From positions 15,688,001-15,752,000 of the forward strand of contig NC_058368.1 of NCBI RefSeq assembly GCF_018350175.1: a stretch of 64,000 nt of DNA. Reading direction: 5' to 3'. The first letter of the stretch is position 1; every line of letters begins with the position of its first letter. Under the pieces are notes generated by a model. It saw only the letters and a program-made list of their open reading frames with translations, was not told where the DNA came from and did no database searches. Below are positions 1-13,245 of this stretch, in pieces. The translations under genes were made by a program, and so were the position numbers. This DNA is from Felis catus. Lineage: Eukaryota.

Positions 1-403
1 GGTATATTCCCACCTTCCCATTGTTGTAAAGTCACCTCAGGACAGCTTGGATGTCATTTTTTTTTTAAACCCTGAATAGTGTTTGGGAACAACAGAAACA
101 AGCTTCCCTTCAACAAATACAAACTTTCATTCTCATATTCTCTCTCCCCACCCTCCCTCTCTTTCTTCATACCCCCTCCTCCATCCACCACTGCCTCCCT
201 CTTTCCCTCCCTCTTTCTCTCGATAAATGTAGTTCAGCCCAAATATGGGAAATGTGATCTGGTGGCACAGTAGGGACACTACATCACAACCATATTACAC
301 AGAGGACAGAAACATGGCTTTTCACAACTTTCCCTATTTTTTCATTCAGAACGTCTCATATGTCAACGCACAAGTAATGTATAATGAGGCACATGAAAAA
401 AAA

Positions 404-842
404 TTTTTAATGTTTGAAAGAGACAGAGAGAGCATGAGTGGGTGGGGGGGGAAGAGAGAGAAAGAGAGAGAGAGAGGGAGAGAGAGAGGATCCTAAGCAG
501 GTTCTGAGCTGTCAGCACAGAACCTGATGCCGGGCTCGAACTAATGAACCGTGAGATCATGACCTGAGACAAAGTCAGATGCTTAACGGACTGAGCCACC
601 CAGGAGCCCCCTCAAAAAAAAAATTTTTTTTTCTTAATGTTTTTATTTATTTTTGAGACAGAGAGAGACAGAGCATGAGCAGGGAAGGGACAGAGAGAGA
701 GAGGGAGACACAGAATCGGAAGCAGGCTCCAGGCTCTGAGCCATCAGCACAGAGCCTGATGCGGGGCTCAAACCCACAGACTGTGAGATCATGACCTGAG
801 CTGAAGTTGGACGCTCAACCGACTGAGCCACCCAGGCACCCC
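404..842 (-). mobile_element. Two tandem Can-SINEs (about 404-610 and 624-842)
   Basis: Reverse-complement tRNA-derived heads, (GA)n tracts and T-rich tails. ctcaaaaaaaaaattt is duplicated around the second copy. Confidence 0.93.
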
Positions 843-3079
843 TCAAAAAAAAAATTTTTTTTTTTAATTAACTTCCATAACTCCAGCTTATAATTATGGT
901 TAAACACAATAAATGGCCTTTTACTTTTCTTCTTTCTCGCTTTGGTCCTCTGAGAAATACAAATCTACAGAAGAATGAACGGTCACATACCTGCTACTAC
1001 CAAAAACATTTTACTACCCTTCCTTGTGTTCAGGTGCACTACAAAAAGTAGGAATTATTTCTAAAAAGCCCTTAAAAATACCCTTTGGGAAGTCATCCTG
1101 AGGTAATTCTCAAAATTTTTAGATTCAGTCTCCACCATGCTACTGGGTGCTGTGCTGTGTGCTACAGTAGCTTCCCCGGTCAAACATCTTCATTACTCAA
1201 GGAATTAAAAGAATTTTAAGTCAGGACACAATGCCATTAAACTGCTTCAAAATATTTAGTCTTCAAAATGTAATAAAGGATACCTGCTGGGCTAGCTTTG
1301 ACTTTACTAAATGGTTTATGGGAGTGTTTTGTTTTGTTTTGTTTTGTTTTATCTTTATTTTAAACATAGGTGACAACAGTAATTTCATCACAGAGAGTCT
1401 AAAACCCTGGCCTGGCCCAGCCCAGAAGCAATGTGTTTTCTTCATTGTACAGGTCTGGGGAGACCCACAATCTGTCACTGACACCCAAAGGACTGTTCCC
1501 CTGTTCCCTAGACCTGAACTGGATGGACTTCTGTGCCTGAACTTGAGCTGCTCCAACTTGTTACATTTTCTCCAGTCTGCAAATGCAGACAGGTATAACT
1601 GAGGACATGATACCTACTAGAGTCCTAGTATTTCTGAGGGTAAATTCATCAACTCCTTCTACACTGCGTCACATCTGCTCACTGCTACTCTCCCATTGTG
1701 CAAGCAAGTGCTCTTTAGATGTACAGCGTGGATTCCTACTGCTGAGAAAGAATTCCAGAATCTAAAAACAAAACAAAAAACTGAACCTGTGCCGGAGTAA
1801 ACGTGAGCTTGTCCATTGTAATGAGCTCCGTATATGCTCAGGCCAGAAAAACACCCAAAAGAAAGACAAAGTGCAAGACCATGCTGGAAAAATTTTTGTC
1901 CGTGATGATGACAATTTTGTTGAAATATATACAGAATAGCATTATTGGGTGACCAGGCTTGATTGTACCACTGACTTGAAAGATGAAGCTGGAGGGAAGC
2001 TGGAGCCACCTACGTCAGACAGGCATAAGGAAAGTGCCTTGCAAGGTTATGTTTGATCACCCATTAACCAAGAGGATAGCCATGAACAATGAAGTTAATC
2101 ATTGTGCAGAACAAAAATTCTTCCTATGTAGTTTAGTCACTATATCTAGACTAACAAGTGGATTTTTACATGCTATGGATTCATGAAACACAGCAGAAGC
2201 CAGGAGGGGATACACCAGCATACAGAAGCACTACCTTAGTAAGTGTACAGAAAATATCAGGAAAGACAGTCTCCACCTTAAAAATGGTGGCAAGACCTAC
2301 AAAAATGAGCTAAGTAAAATTCTTACAAATCAATCTAAGATTTAGGGCTGGGTCTATAAGGCCACATTTAAAAAAAATTCAACCAAAACTTTTCATCAAA
2401 CAGCCTGATTATATACATTTAACCAAACCTTTGAGCTTTAAAATTGATATCACCAAACGTCCATAAAAATTTCAATGTTTCTGGAATGAAATGTGTCATA
2501 CTACATTGAGGACAACATAGCTATTTTCTCAGTAAGTTTCAGGTTTACTTAGCAAGTAATTTCTCAGTAATGCTTAACTATAAAATAATCAAATGCCAAG
2601 CCACAACTGAGATAGATCAATAGTTGCACACTTGAGTAATAAAGCATACAGAATAACAAGGAAGATGTACATTTAAGCAAAGAAAATGTGAAGACCTCCC
2701 TAAGCAAGCTCTCAACTGAATACAGGATAACTCAGCGTTCTCCAGCCTTCCAGAAGTCTGGCATTTTATTCAGTAAGAAATTTTTAATTGTAAAATTAGA
2801 ACATATGTAAAAATAATTAATATATCTTCATTTGGTTTATTTTGTCTGACATAACAAGTGTTGATGAGAATGTGATTAACCAAAATTGGTAGGAATAGAT
2901 GGATTATACACTTCAGAAACACTTAGCCATCATTTTTTAAAGTTGAAATTTGCATATCACAAGATCTAGCCAATTTCACAGCCCAGTATATATCCTAGAC
3001 TAGTTTTCAATCCTTAGGGAGAAATAATTAATGCAATTTACTTATTTATTTACTGAGTTTATTAGGTCCTTATTAGTAA

Positions 3080-3166
3080 TTTTTTTAAATGTTTATTTAC
3101 TTTGAGAGAGAGAGAGGAGAGAGAGAGAGCACATGCACAAGTTGGGGAGGGATACAGGGAAAGAGG

Positions 3167-3198
<32 letters not shown>

Positions 3199-3307
3199 GG
3201 AACCCAGGCAGGCTCCACACTGTTAGCACAGAGCCCAACTCAGGACTGATGTCACCCTGAGCCGAAATCAAGAGTCAGACATTTGACTGAGCCACCCAGA
3301 TGCCCCC
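3080..3307 (-). mobile_element. Can-SINE
   Basis: tgtttattt...(GA)n...gagccacccagatgcccc. Confidence 0.9.
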
Positions 3308-3507
3308 ACATATTCTTTTTTATACACATATATCACATATTCTGTTGAAAGTATTAACTATTATATCATGAAATGTTTTAATCAATTTAAAACAAAATCT
3401 CAGAGGACATGTATAAAATGTTCCCTCTTATTAATTAACAATGATATCTCTCAGCAGAACAAAATTTAAGAACCAAAGTCTAATCAAAGATTAAGAAAAA
3501 GAGGGGT

Positions 3508-3920
3508 GGGGCGCCTGGGTGGCTCAGTTGGTTGGGCATCTGATTTCAGGTCAGGTCATGATCTCGAGGTTCGTGACTTTGAGCCCTGCATCAGGTTCTC
3601 TGCTGTCGGCACAGAGCCCACTTAGGATCCTCTGTCCCCCTCTTTCTCTACCTCTCCCGCACTCACACACACACTCTTTCTCTCAAAAATAAACATTTTA
3701 AAAAAAGGTTTAAAAAAAAAAAAAAGCACAAACAGGGAGGGGTGCCTGGGTGGCTCAGTTGGTTAAGCATCTGAGTCTTGATTCCACTTCAGGTCATTAT
3801 CTCACAGTGCTCTGTGTGGGGCTCTGTACTGGGTGTAGAGCCTGCTTAAGATTCTCTCTTTCTGTATCCTTCTGCCCAACTTGTTGAGTGGGCACTCATT
3901 CTCTCTGACTCAAGAAAAAA

Positions 3921-3976
<56 letters not shown>

Positions 3977-3988
3977 GATTAAAAAAAG
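3508..3988 (+). mobile_element. Two tandem Can-SINEs; second tail expanded to (GAAA)n at about 3920-3974
   Basis: Heads ggggcgcctgggtggctcag at about 3508 and ggggtgcctgggtggctcag at about 3739. Confidence 0.92.
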
Positions 3989-4867
3989 GTTCTAATCTAT
4001 AATCAGAAGGGCCTCAAAACAATGAATAAAAAGATTAAGAACAAGCATTTCTTAAGCATCCACTAAACACAAGTTATAAACTTACAAGCAACACATGGAA
4101 CACTGAGTGAGCATCTAAGAGTTAATTATTTGTTATAGCCCTCCCTGGCCCTGTGTCTTCATTCGCGCCTTTTCGACTTCCTGACCTCAATCTCCCCTCT
4201 TTGAAGTTCAGTGCCCTCCACAGAGCCCTCCTGATCCCCTACCTGAATGTGATCTCTACAACTGTTCATGGTGCACTATACCTCCCATATGTCACTTATC
4301 CCGTGTGGCCTCACACTGATTCAGGTCCTAGCAGAGAACTTCACCTCCTCTGAGGCTGTGGTCCCTTTTCACCTCTGCGTGAAGTCTCCCTGGAAATCTT
4401 GAGCCAACCCATTAAAAAGATGGCAGTGCTCTAAGCCCTTGATACATTTACTACCCCATGAATCTCCTTGGCTGTGATTTATGATTGCTTTGTTTATGTC
4501 AATCTCTCTTTCACATTTGTGGCAATGATGGCTGCCTGTTTTCTCTCCATGATCTGGTAGTGAGGGACTCCAAACAGCCTAGCTGCCACCCACCCCATCT
4601 CCTGCAGTCAGTTTCAGCCAGCATTTGTTGGCATTAGGCCAGATTAACCAGCTAGATCCCTCTACTGCTCCATCAACCTGAAGTCCTCAAATCCATGCCC
4701 TCCTCAGTTTCCCAGGTCATCCTTTGTCCAATGAGTCCCAATGCTCTACATCCATATATGTATCAACTATTCCTCTACTGTAAACAGTATCGTAATTTTC
4801 TGGATATATATCCCTTACTAAAATGGGAAGTCCCATGAATCTCCGCATCTCTTAAAGGGTCTAACAC

Positions 4868-5100
4868 AGATTTCTCAATCTCAGCACTACGGCATTTTTT
4901 CCCCTTTGATTTTAACAACAATTTGTGTGGTGGCTGTCCTGTCTATTATAGGATGGTTAGCAGCATCCCCGGCCTCTATCCACTATATGTCAGTAGCACA
5001 CCCCGTGCAAGTTGTGACAACCTAAAAATGTCACCAGATATTGCCAAGTGTCCCCTGGGGGGTAAAAATCACACTCTGTGTCAACATCACCACTGGTTTA
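4868..5100. mobile_element. MER20-like hAT-Charlie fossil
   Basis: agcagcatccccggcctctatccacta...gttgtgacaacc...cagatattgccaagtgtcccctgggggg resembles MER20. Confidence 0.75.
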
Positions 5101-5232
5101 ACATCAATCATAATTCTGTTCAATAGTCACGAGATCTTGAAAAATTTAGATTTCGATTATTGTTGAATAAAAATGAAATAGAATTCCAGAGAAAGATGTG
5201 TTTACCATGAATTTAAATAATCAGAGGAAGCA

Positions 5233-5462
5233 GGTACCTACGTGGCTCAGTCAGCTGAGTGACCAACTTTGGCTCAGGTCACGAGCTCACAGCTTGTGAG
5301 TTTGAGCCCCTCATTGGGCTCTGTGCTGACAGTTCAGAGCCTGGAGCCTGCTTCACATTCTGCATCTTCCTCTCTCTCTGCCCCTCCCCGACTCATACTC
5401 TGTCTCTCTCCCTCTTTCAAAAATAGACATTAAAATTTTTTTTAATTTATAAAAAAAACAAT
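5233..5462 (+). mobile_element. Can-SINE
   Basis: gtggctcagtc...agagcctggagcctgcttc, then (CT)n and an A tail. Confidence 0.9.
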
Positions 5463-6055
5463 AAAGAAAGAAAATTTAGTGCTTTATTTTTGTTAAGTTA
5501 TCCTAGGAAATGTTACCCTGTGCGGTTGTTTTTACTGAAGATAATAGAAGGATTTGGATATTGGTTTCTGTACTCCACTTGAAAGAAATAGCATTTTCCT
5601 GGGCAGCTTGAAACTTTGTGATTTAGTGTTACTTTAAACCACCTTAGCAAAAGCCAAAGGGCTCAGATAGGAGTTTTTGTCACGGAAAGAGAAGAATCAC
5701 AGTTCTGTTTATATCAAAGAGTAATGCAGTTACAAAATAGATCTGAAATGATTTGTTTTTAAGTTGAAAAATAAAAAAGAGAAAATTAACCTCTCCCTCA
5801 TTCTCTCATTCCAGTCCTACCCACCCTGTTACCAATCCTGTGGACTGTTTACTTTCTAAACATATTTCAAAACCAGCTCTTCCTCTCCATCCTGCTCACT
5901 TCCCTCCATCCCTCCCAAACCTCTTCTCCAACTCGCCAGGTTTCTAACACACATCTCGACTAACATTCTCACTTAAAAGATGTACAGAACTCCCTATAGC
6001 GTGTTTGCAAACGCTAAGAATTTCCCATCTTCTCTGATCTTCTCTGCCCTGTCCA

Positions 6056-6135
6056 GCCTTTCCTTCCTTCCTTCCTTCCTTCCTTCCTTCCTTCCTTCCT
6101 TCCTTCCTTCCTTCCTTCCTTTCCTTCCTTCTTTC
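6056..6135. repeat. (TTCC)n microsatellite
   Basis: Direct reading. Confidence 0.95.
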
Positions 6136-6188
6136 TTTAAATGGGATAGAAAGGGGGTTTTCTCACCTTGATTTAAAAAATAATATGT

Positions 6189-6422
6189 GGGGCGCCTGGG
6201 TGGCTCAGTCAGTTGAGCGTCTGACTTCGGCTCAGGTCATGATCTCGTGGTGTGTGAGTTCAAGCCCCGCATCGGGCTCTGTGCTGACAGCTCAGAGCCT
6301 GGAGCCTGCTTCAGATTCTGTGTCTGCCTCTCTCTCTGCCCCTCCCCTGCTCACGCTCTGTCTCTCTCTCTCTCTCTCTGTCTCAAAAATAAATAAAAAC
6401 ATTAAAAAAATTAAAAAAAAAT
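6189..6422 (+). mobile_element. Can-SINE with TSD aaataat(a/t)tgtg
   Basis: Full-length head, body and tail. Confidence 0.94.
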
Positions 6423-7145
6423 AATTTGTGTTCATGAAAAAAAAACACTTGAATATGAAAAAAGACAGCTCAAATAATCACTGTCTACCCACACAGAGAT
6501 AATAATCCCTGTTAACATTGTTGTGGATTTTTAAACCTTTTTTTATAAATAAACATATTTTAAAATAGCATTAGTTCATAGATATGTCTTATATTCTTCC
6601 TATTTCAATGAATGATATTTTCATGTTATTAACTATTTTGTTTTTAAAGTTCTGTGGTAGAGTAATATTCAATTTTTAATTTTAATTCTAAGTTGCATTT
6701 TTACTTCACTTGCGGTACTCTCTTGTGCCATAGTTTGAAACAAAACAGAACAAAACAAAACCAACCAGATTTAGAGCACTCTCTGTACAGATTTTACAAG
6801 CTGGTTTTCTACAGTTCCAGAGTAATTGCTAAAACAAAACCAAAAACAAGACCTAGTTGCATTTTGCCTCTAGCCATACGTAAATCAGTCAAGTCACTTG
6901 ACAGTTCTAATTACATACGGTCCACATCAAGTTATTACTCCTCCAAAAATTAAAACATTATAGATAAGGTTAAATTTTATCTGATCATCAACCACAATCC
7001 CTAAATCCTCATGTACTTCTTGCTATGATTACTGTTACAAGTTTGAGCTTATTTTTAGGTATTTTACTCTGCATGTTCATCCATAGATAGATCCTTACAA
7101 AAAATTGTAGTATTAGTCTGTATTTTTTTAAATTATTTAATCAGA

Positions 7146-7269
7146 GGTGTCTGGATGGCTCAGTCATTTGAGCGTCAGACTCTTGATTTTGGTTCAGGTC
7201 ATTATCCCTGGGTCATGGTTGGAGCCCCAAGTCAGGCTCTGCACTGGGCACGGAGCCTGCTTAGGACTT

Positions 7270-7327
<58 letters not shown>

Positions 7328-7399
7328 ACTTTCTCCCCCTCTACCTCTCTCCTCAAATCACATGCTCTCTTGCTCTAATATAAAATAAAAAATAAAAAT
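7146..7399 (+). mobile_element. Can-SINE with long (CT)n at about 7272-7326
   Basis: Degenerate head, CT tract, A tail. Confidence 0.9.
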
Positions 7400-8029
7400 A
7401 TTTTTATTTTTGCAACTTGCTTAAGGTTATTTTCTATGTTAGTATAATATAAATCTCCTTCATTCTTTTTAACTGCTGCACAGTATTCTATGTTATGACA
7501 AAGCCCTTTTCTGCTTAAGTTCAGCCTGCCATTCAAATGAGTCTACCACAATGCAAGAAATCTAAAATATATTCATGTCTGTCTGTTTTAAATCTGGCAT
7601 CAACTTAAGGAATGTGGGATATCTTGAGAAGAAGTTCTAAAATAATTTTTTTCCTAAATACTAAAAAAATGTAGAATTTGGTAACCTGTTTTGATAACCT
7701 AACAGAATATCTATTTTTTTAATTTCTTTTTTTTTTAATTTTTAATAAATGATAACAAAATAAAGCTAATATGTGATTGGTAAAAAAAAGGTATACCACA
7801 ATGCAGTTTCAGTTATAATTGCTCAGTTCATATAGAGCCTAAATTACAAAGAGCTATTTATCCAAAGTTCATTAGCGGGAACATCTGGGGGTGATAGAAA
7901 TGTCCTAGGTGTTAATAAAAGTGCGGGTTACACAGATGTATACAATATAGTTAATTTTGATCTACAGAGAAAGAAATTGAATATTTGAATTGCCTTATTT
8001 CTGTTAAACTGAATTCACAACTAAAAACT

Positions 8030-8995
8030 TTCCCTGGAAGAGACCACTTAGAAACATAGATATAAATATCCTTAACAAAATATAAGCAAATAACCTCCAG
8101 CAGTATTAAAAAGATTAATACCCATGTCCAAGTAGGATTTAACACAGAAATCGAAGCTTGACATTACATTTGAAAACAAATCAACATACTTCACCATATA
8201 AACAGAATAAAGGAAAAATACCATATTATTATCTTAATAAATGCTGAAAAAGCATTTGATAAGTCACTACCCATCCATGAGTTTTAAAAAATTATTAACT
8301 CCCAGCAAACTAGAAATAGAAGGAAATTTCCATAGTCTTTAAAGGACAGCCACAATAGCCTATACCTAACATCATAATTAGTGGTGAAACATCAAGTACT
8401 TTTCACTAAGATTGGAAACAAAGCAAGAAAATCCACCCACACAACTTCTATTCATCATTGTCCTGGTTAGTGCAATATAGCAAGGGGGAAAAAACAGCCA
8501 TAATGCTTAGAAAAGAAGATGTAAAACTGTTTATATTCAAAACAACAGAAATAACAACAAAGAAAATCCTACTGAATCTATTTTTATAAAATTGAAACTA
8601 GTGAATTTAGCAAGTGGCAGGATAAAAGGTAAATGTGCAAAACCAATTCTATTCCTACTAAGTAGCAGCGAACAAGTGGAAAATGAAGTAAGTAAAAGCA
8701 TTTACAATACTATCAAACCCCCCGAAATAAACTTAGGAATAAATTTAATTTAAAAAATGGGCAAGAACTCTATAATGAAAACTGCAAAACACTTCAGAAA
8801 GAAATTAAGTGAAGTGTTATATCAGGTTTATGAATTTATAGACTCAAAACTGTTAGGATTTCAGTTCTCCCCAAATAAATCTGTAGACACTGTGCCATTT
8901 TGACAGGATTCGCAGTAGTATTTTTTTGTATAACTTGACTTGGTGATTTTGAAATCTATATGAAAAAGTAAAGATTTTAAAATATAAAAAAATCT
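8030..8995 (+). mobile_element. Ancient L1 ORF2 (reverse transcriptase region) fragment, decayed
   Basis: aatgctgaaaaagcatttgataag corresponds to the L1 RT motif (D/N)AEKAFDK. Multiple stops and frameshifts. Confidence 0.85.
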
Positions 8996-9059
8996 TGACT
9001 CTTGGGACTAAGGGAGTAGGAAGAGTCCAGATTTCTTGGGCACATAGGTGATGGCATAT

Positions 9060-9800
9060 CATTCATTAAAATGGCAAATTCAGGAGGAATTGAAGTCAGG
9101 GGTCGAATAGATGGCAATGAAGTCTATTTTGGATATACCGGGTTTCAAATGGTATGGTGGACAGACGTTCAGGAGAAGCACTGTATCAAAGTGGAATTCA
9201 ATAGGCAGTTAGGTACAGGATCTGGAGCTCAGATGACAGGGCTGAAGCAAAGGGATTTAGTCCCAAGTTTATCAGCATCTTTAGGTGGGAAAGGAAATGA
9301 CAGTGTGGGTGAAACTGTGTCGTATGGAAAAAGCAGAGCCAGAACAACACTTCCTTATATTATTATAATGGCCTTCGAACTGGTCTTCCTGTTTTTGCAC
9401 TTGCTCCTCGTCTGTTCTTAACACAGGTCTGGTTGACCCTATTAAGACAAATCAAGTTCGTGATCCTTCTCTGCTCAAAACTCTCCAAAGGTTTTATTCA
9501 CTCCAAATAAGCCTTTGCAGTGGTCTACAAGGCTCTGCAGTACTATATTCTCAACCCTGGTGGCACGTTAGAATGACCCTTCCTTGAGCATCCACTTCCC
9601 TGATCTCTCTTCCTTCTACTGTCCCCTTTGCTTTCTCTACTTCTGCCACAACTGCCTCCTTACTTTGCCTTGAACATTGCAGGCATGTAACTACCCCAGA
9701 GCATTTCTGTTTCTGTAGTGTTCTTCCATCAGGTATGTGCGTGGCTGTCTCCCTCACCCATCCCCTTCAGAAATTTACTCCTGTCATCTCAGCAAAGCCT
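9060..9800. mobile_element. L2-like fragments
   Basis: ctctgctcaaaactctccaaagg and ttgaacattgcaggcatg resemble L2 3' region; highly diverged. Confidence 0.55.
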
Positions 9801-9807
9801 TACCTGC

Positions 9808-9808
9808 C

Positions 9809-9851
<43 letters not shown>

Positions 9852-10062
9852 TCTATTTATCTATTTACTGTATCTATTTATTTATAATTTTTTATTTGCT
9901 TAATTTTTAATTCCAGGATAATTAACATACAATTTTACATTTGTTTCAGGTGTACAATATAATGATTCAACAATTCTATTCATGACTCACTGCTTATCAA
10001 GATAAGTGTACTCTTTTTAAGTTTTTATTTTAATTCCAGTTAGTTAACATACAGGGCTATGT
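9808..10062 (-). mobile_element. Short carnivore L1 3' end with (TTTA)n tail
   Basis: (TTTA)n followed by ttaacatacaa...gtttcaggtgtacaatataatgattcaacaattc. Confidence 0.75.
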
Positions 10063-10074
10063 TACTCTCCTTTA

Positions 10075-10310
10075 TTTTATTTTTTTATTTTTTTAAAATT
10101 TTTTTTTAACGTTTATTTATTTTTGAGACAGAGAGAGACAGAGCATGAACAGGGGAGGGTCAGAGAGAGAGGGAGACACAGAATCTGAAACAGGCTCCAA
10201 GCTCTGAGCCGTCAGCACAGAGCCCGACGCGGGGCTCGAACTCACGGACCGCGAGATCATGACCTGAGCCGAAGTCGGACGCTTAACCGACTGAGCCACC
10301 CAGGTGCCCC
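10075..10310 (-). mobile_element. Can-SINE, CpG-rich, TSD tactc(t/g)cctttatttt
   Basis: Near-consensus copy with a flanking duplication. Confidence 0.95.
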
Positions 10311-10429
10311 TACTCGCCTTTATTTTAAATTGAAGCCCTCTCTCATCTTCCTATCACCCTTTTCTGTTTCACTTCCCCCTCAGCAAACTTATGATTAACA
10401 CACCACATACTTTACCTGTTCTTACAAAT

Positions 10430-13245
10430 TTTGTTAAGGTGAAGATCACATTACATAAAATTATTCTTTTTTTTTTTTTTTTTTTTTTTAATTTTAGAGA
10501 GAGAACTCGTGAGCAGGGTGAAGGGCAGAGGGGGAGAAAGAGACAGAATCTTAAGTAGGCTCCATGTTTAGTGTGGAGCCCAATGTGGGGCTCAATCCCA
10601 CGACCCTGAGATCATGACCTGAGCCCAAATCAAGAGTTGGACGCTCAACCAACTAAACCACCCAGACACCCCAAAGTCATTCATTTTCAAGTGAACAATT
10701 CAGTGGCATTTAGTACATTTGTTATGTTGTGCAACCACTACCAGTATTTAGTACCAAAACATTACCACCCCTCCAAAATAAAACCCCAAACCTATTAAGC
10801 AATTTGTCCTTATTTCCAGCTCTTGCTCCCACCCCCAGGCGCCTGGCCCTGATGACATCCTATTTGCATTCTATCTCTCTAGATTTACCTATTTTGTATA
10901 TTGCATATAAATGGAATCATACAATACCTGGCCTTTTGTGTCTGGCTTCTTTCACTTGACAAAATGTTTTCAAAGTTCACCCACAAGGTAGTACAGATCA
11001 GTATTTCATTCCTTTTTACGGCTAATATTTTTTCATTGAGAGACAGAGAGGGAGAGAGAGAGTGTGTGTGTGTGTGTACACACATATATGACAATTTGTT
11101 CATAAATTCAACCATTAATTAACTTTTGAATTGTTTCTACTGAGCTATTATAAATAGTGCTGCTATGAACATTTGTGTGCAAGTATTTGTTTGGGCCCCT
11201 GTTCTCAAATCTTCTGGGTATATACCTAGGAGTGGAATTGCTGGATCATATGGTCATGATCTCATGGCTCAAGTGAGTTTGAGCCCCATGTCAGACTCTG
11301 CTGGCAGCTTAGGGCCTGGAGCCTGCTCTGGATTGTGTCTCCCTCTCTCTCTGCCCCTCCCCCACTCACGCTCTGTCTCTCTCTCTCTCTTTCTCAAAAA
11401 TAAATAAACATTAAAAAAAATATATGTATTCCAATTTCTCCAAATCCTCACCAACACAGGTTGTTTTCCATTTTTTGTTTATTTATTACAACCACCTTGG
11501 GAGGTGTAAAGTGGTATCTCATTGTGTTTTGATTTCCATTTCCCTAACACTTAATGCGGTTAAGCATCTTTTCACATGTTTATTGGCCATTTGTACTTCC
11601 TCTTCAGAGAAATGTTGGCTCAAATACATTACCCATTTCTAAATTGTGCTGTTTTTTTTATGTTGCATTGTTTTCTTTAAATATTTTTTTAAGTGTATTT
11701 ATTTTTGAAAGTGAGACAGAGAGAGTGAGTGGGGGAGGGGCAGAGAGAGAGGAAGAGAGAGAATCACAAACAGGCTCTGTACTGTCAGGGTGAAGCCTGA
11801 TGTGGGGCTTGAACTCATGAACCATAAGATCATGAGATCACGACCCTAGCTGAAACCAAGAGTCAGATGCTTAATGGGCTGAGCCACCCAGGTGCCCCTG
11901 CATTATTTTCTTTAAAGTTTATTTATTTTGAAAGAGAGAAAAGTAGAGACAGAGCTCATGCACATGTGTTAAGCGGGTTAAGCGCAGAGAGAGAGACAGA
12001 ATTCCAAGCAGGTTCCATGCTGTCAGTGCAGAGACTGATGTGGGGTTTGATATCATGAACTGTGAGATCATGGCTGAGCCAAAATCAAGAGTTGGATGGT
12101 TAAGTGACTGGGCCACCAGGTGTTTCTTATGTTGCATTATAAGAGGGTTTTTTTTTTTTCTTAATATATTGTGGATAGATACAGAGATATATGATTTGCA
12201 AATATTTTCCCTCTTCTGCAGGTTGCCTTTTTTGCTCTCATGATAATGCTCCTTGATGCACAAAATATTTTAATTTTGATAATGTCCAACTTATTTACTT
12301 TTTCTTCTGATACTTATGCTTTTGGTATCATATTTAAGAATCCATTGCCAAATCCAAGCTCATTAAGATTTACCCCTATGTTTTCGTCAAAGAGTTTTAT
12401 GGTTTTAGCTCTTATAGTTAGGTCATTGATCATTTTCAGTTAATTTTTATACATTAACTGAGGTATAAGGTAGGGGTCCAACTTCACTGTTTTTCATGTG
12501 GCTATCCAGTTGTCCCAGAACCATCTGTTGGAGACTATTCTTTCTCTGTTGAATGGTTTTATTTTTTATTTTATTTTTGTAATGTTTATTTATTTTTGAG
12601 AGAGAGAGACAGAGTGTGAGCAAGGGAGGGGCAGAGAGAGAGGGAGACACAGAATCTAAAGCAGGCTCCAGGCTCTGAGCTGTCAACACAGAGCACGACG
12701 CAGGGCTCAGATTCACAGACCACGAGATCATGATCGGAGCCGAAGTCAGGCACTTAACTGAATGAGCCACCCAGGCGCCCTTCTAGTGAGTGGTTTGAAC
12801 ACCTTTGTCAAAAATCAATTGGCCACAGATGCTCGGGTGTATTTCTGGACTGTCAATTCTATTCCATTGATCTTTGTGTCTATCCTTTGCCAATTCCACA
12901 GGTTTTTTTTTATATATAATTTTTTTTTTAATTTTTTTAACGTTTATTTATTTTTGAGACAGAGAGAGACAGAGCATGAACGGGGGAGGGGCAGAGAGAG
13001 AGGGAGACACAGAATTGGAAGCAGGCTCCAGGCTCTGAGCCATTAGCCCAGAGCCCAACACGGGGCTCGAACTCACAGACCGCGAGATTGTGACCTGAGC
13101 TGAAGTCGGACGCTTAACCGACTGAGCCACCCAGGCGCCCCACCAATTCCACAGTTTTGATTACTGTATCTTTCTAGGATATTTCAGACTGGGAAGTGTG
13201 AGCCTTCCAACTTTGTTCTCCCTTTTCAAGATTGCTTTGTATTTT
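10430..13245 (-). mobile_element. L1M 3' region interrupted by six Can-SINEs (about 10467-10672 -, 11252-11420 +, 11683-11898 -, 11907-12124 -, 12557-12780 -, 12903-13141 -)
   Basis: L1 hallmarks such as aggagtggaattgctggatcatatggt and gtggtatctcattgtgttttgattt resume between the SINEs. The last SINE has TSD ccaattccacag. Confidence 0.88.

Noticed and set aside
6189..6275. tRNA-like A/B-box sequences
   Set aside because: These are the tRNA-derived heads of SINEs, followed by CT tracts and A tails. They are not tRNA genes.
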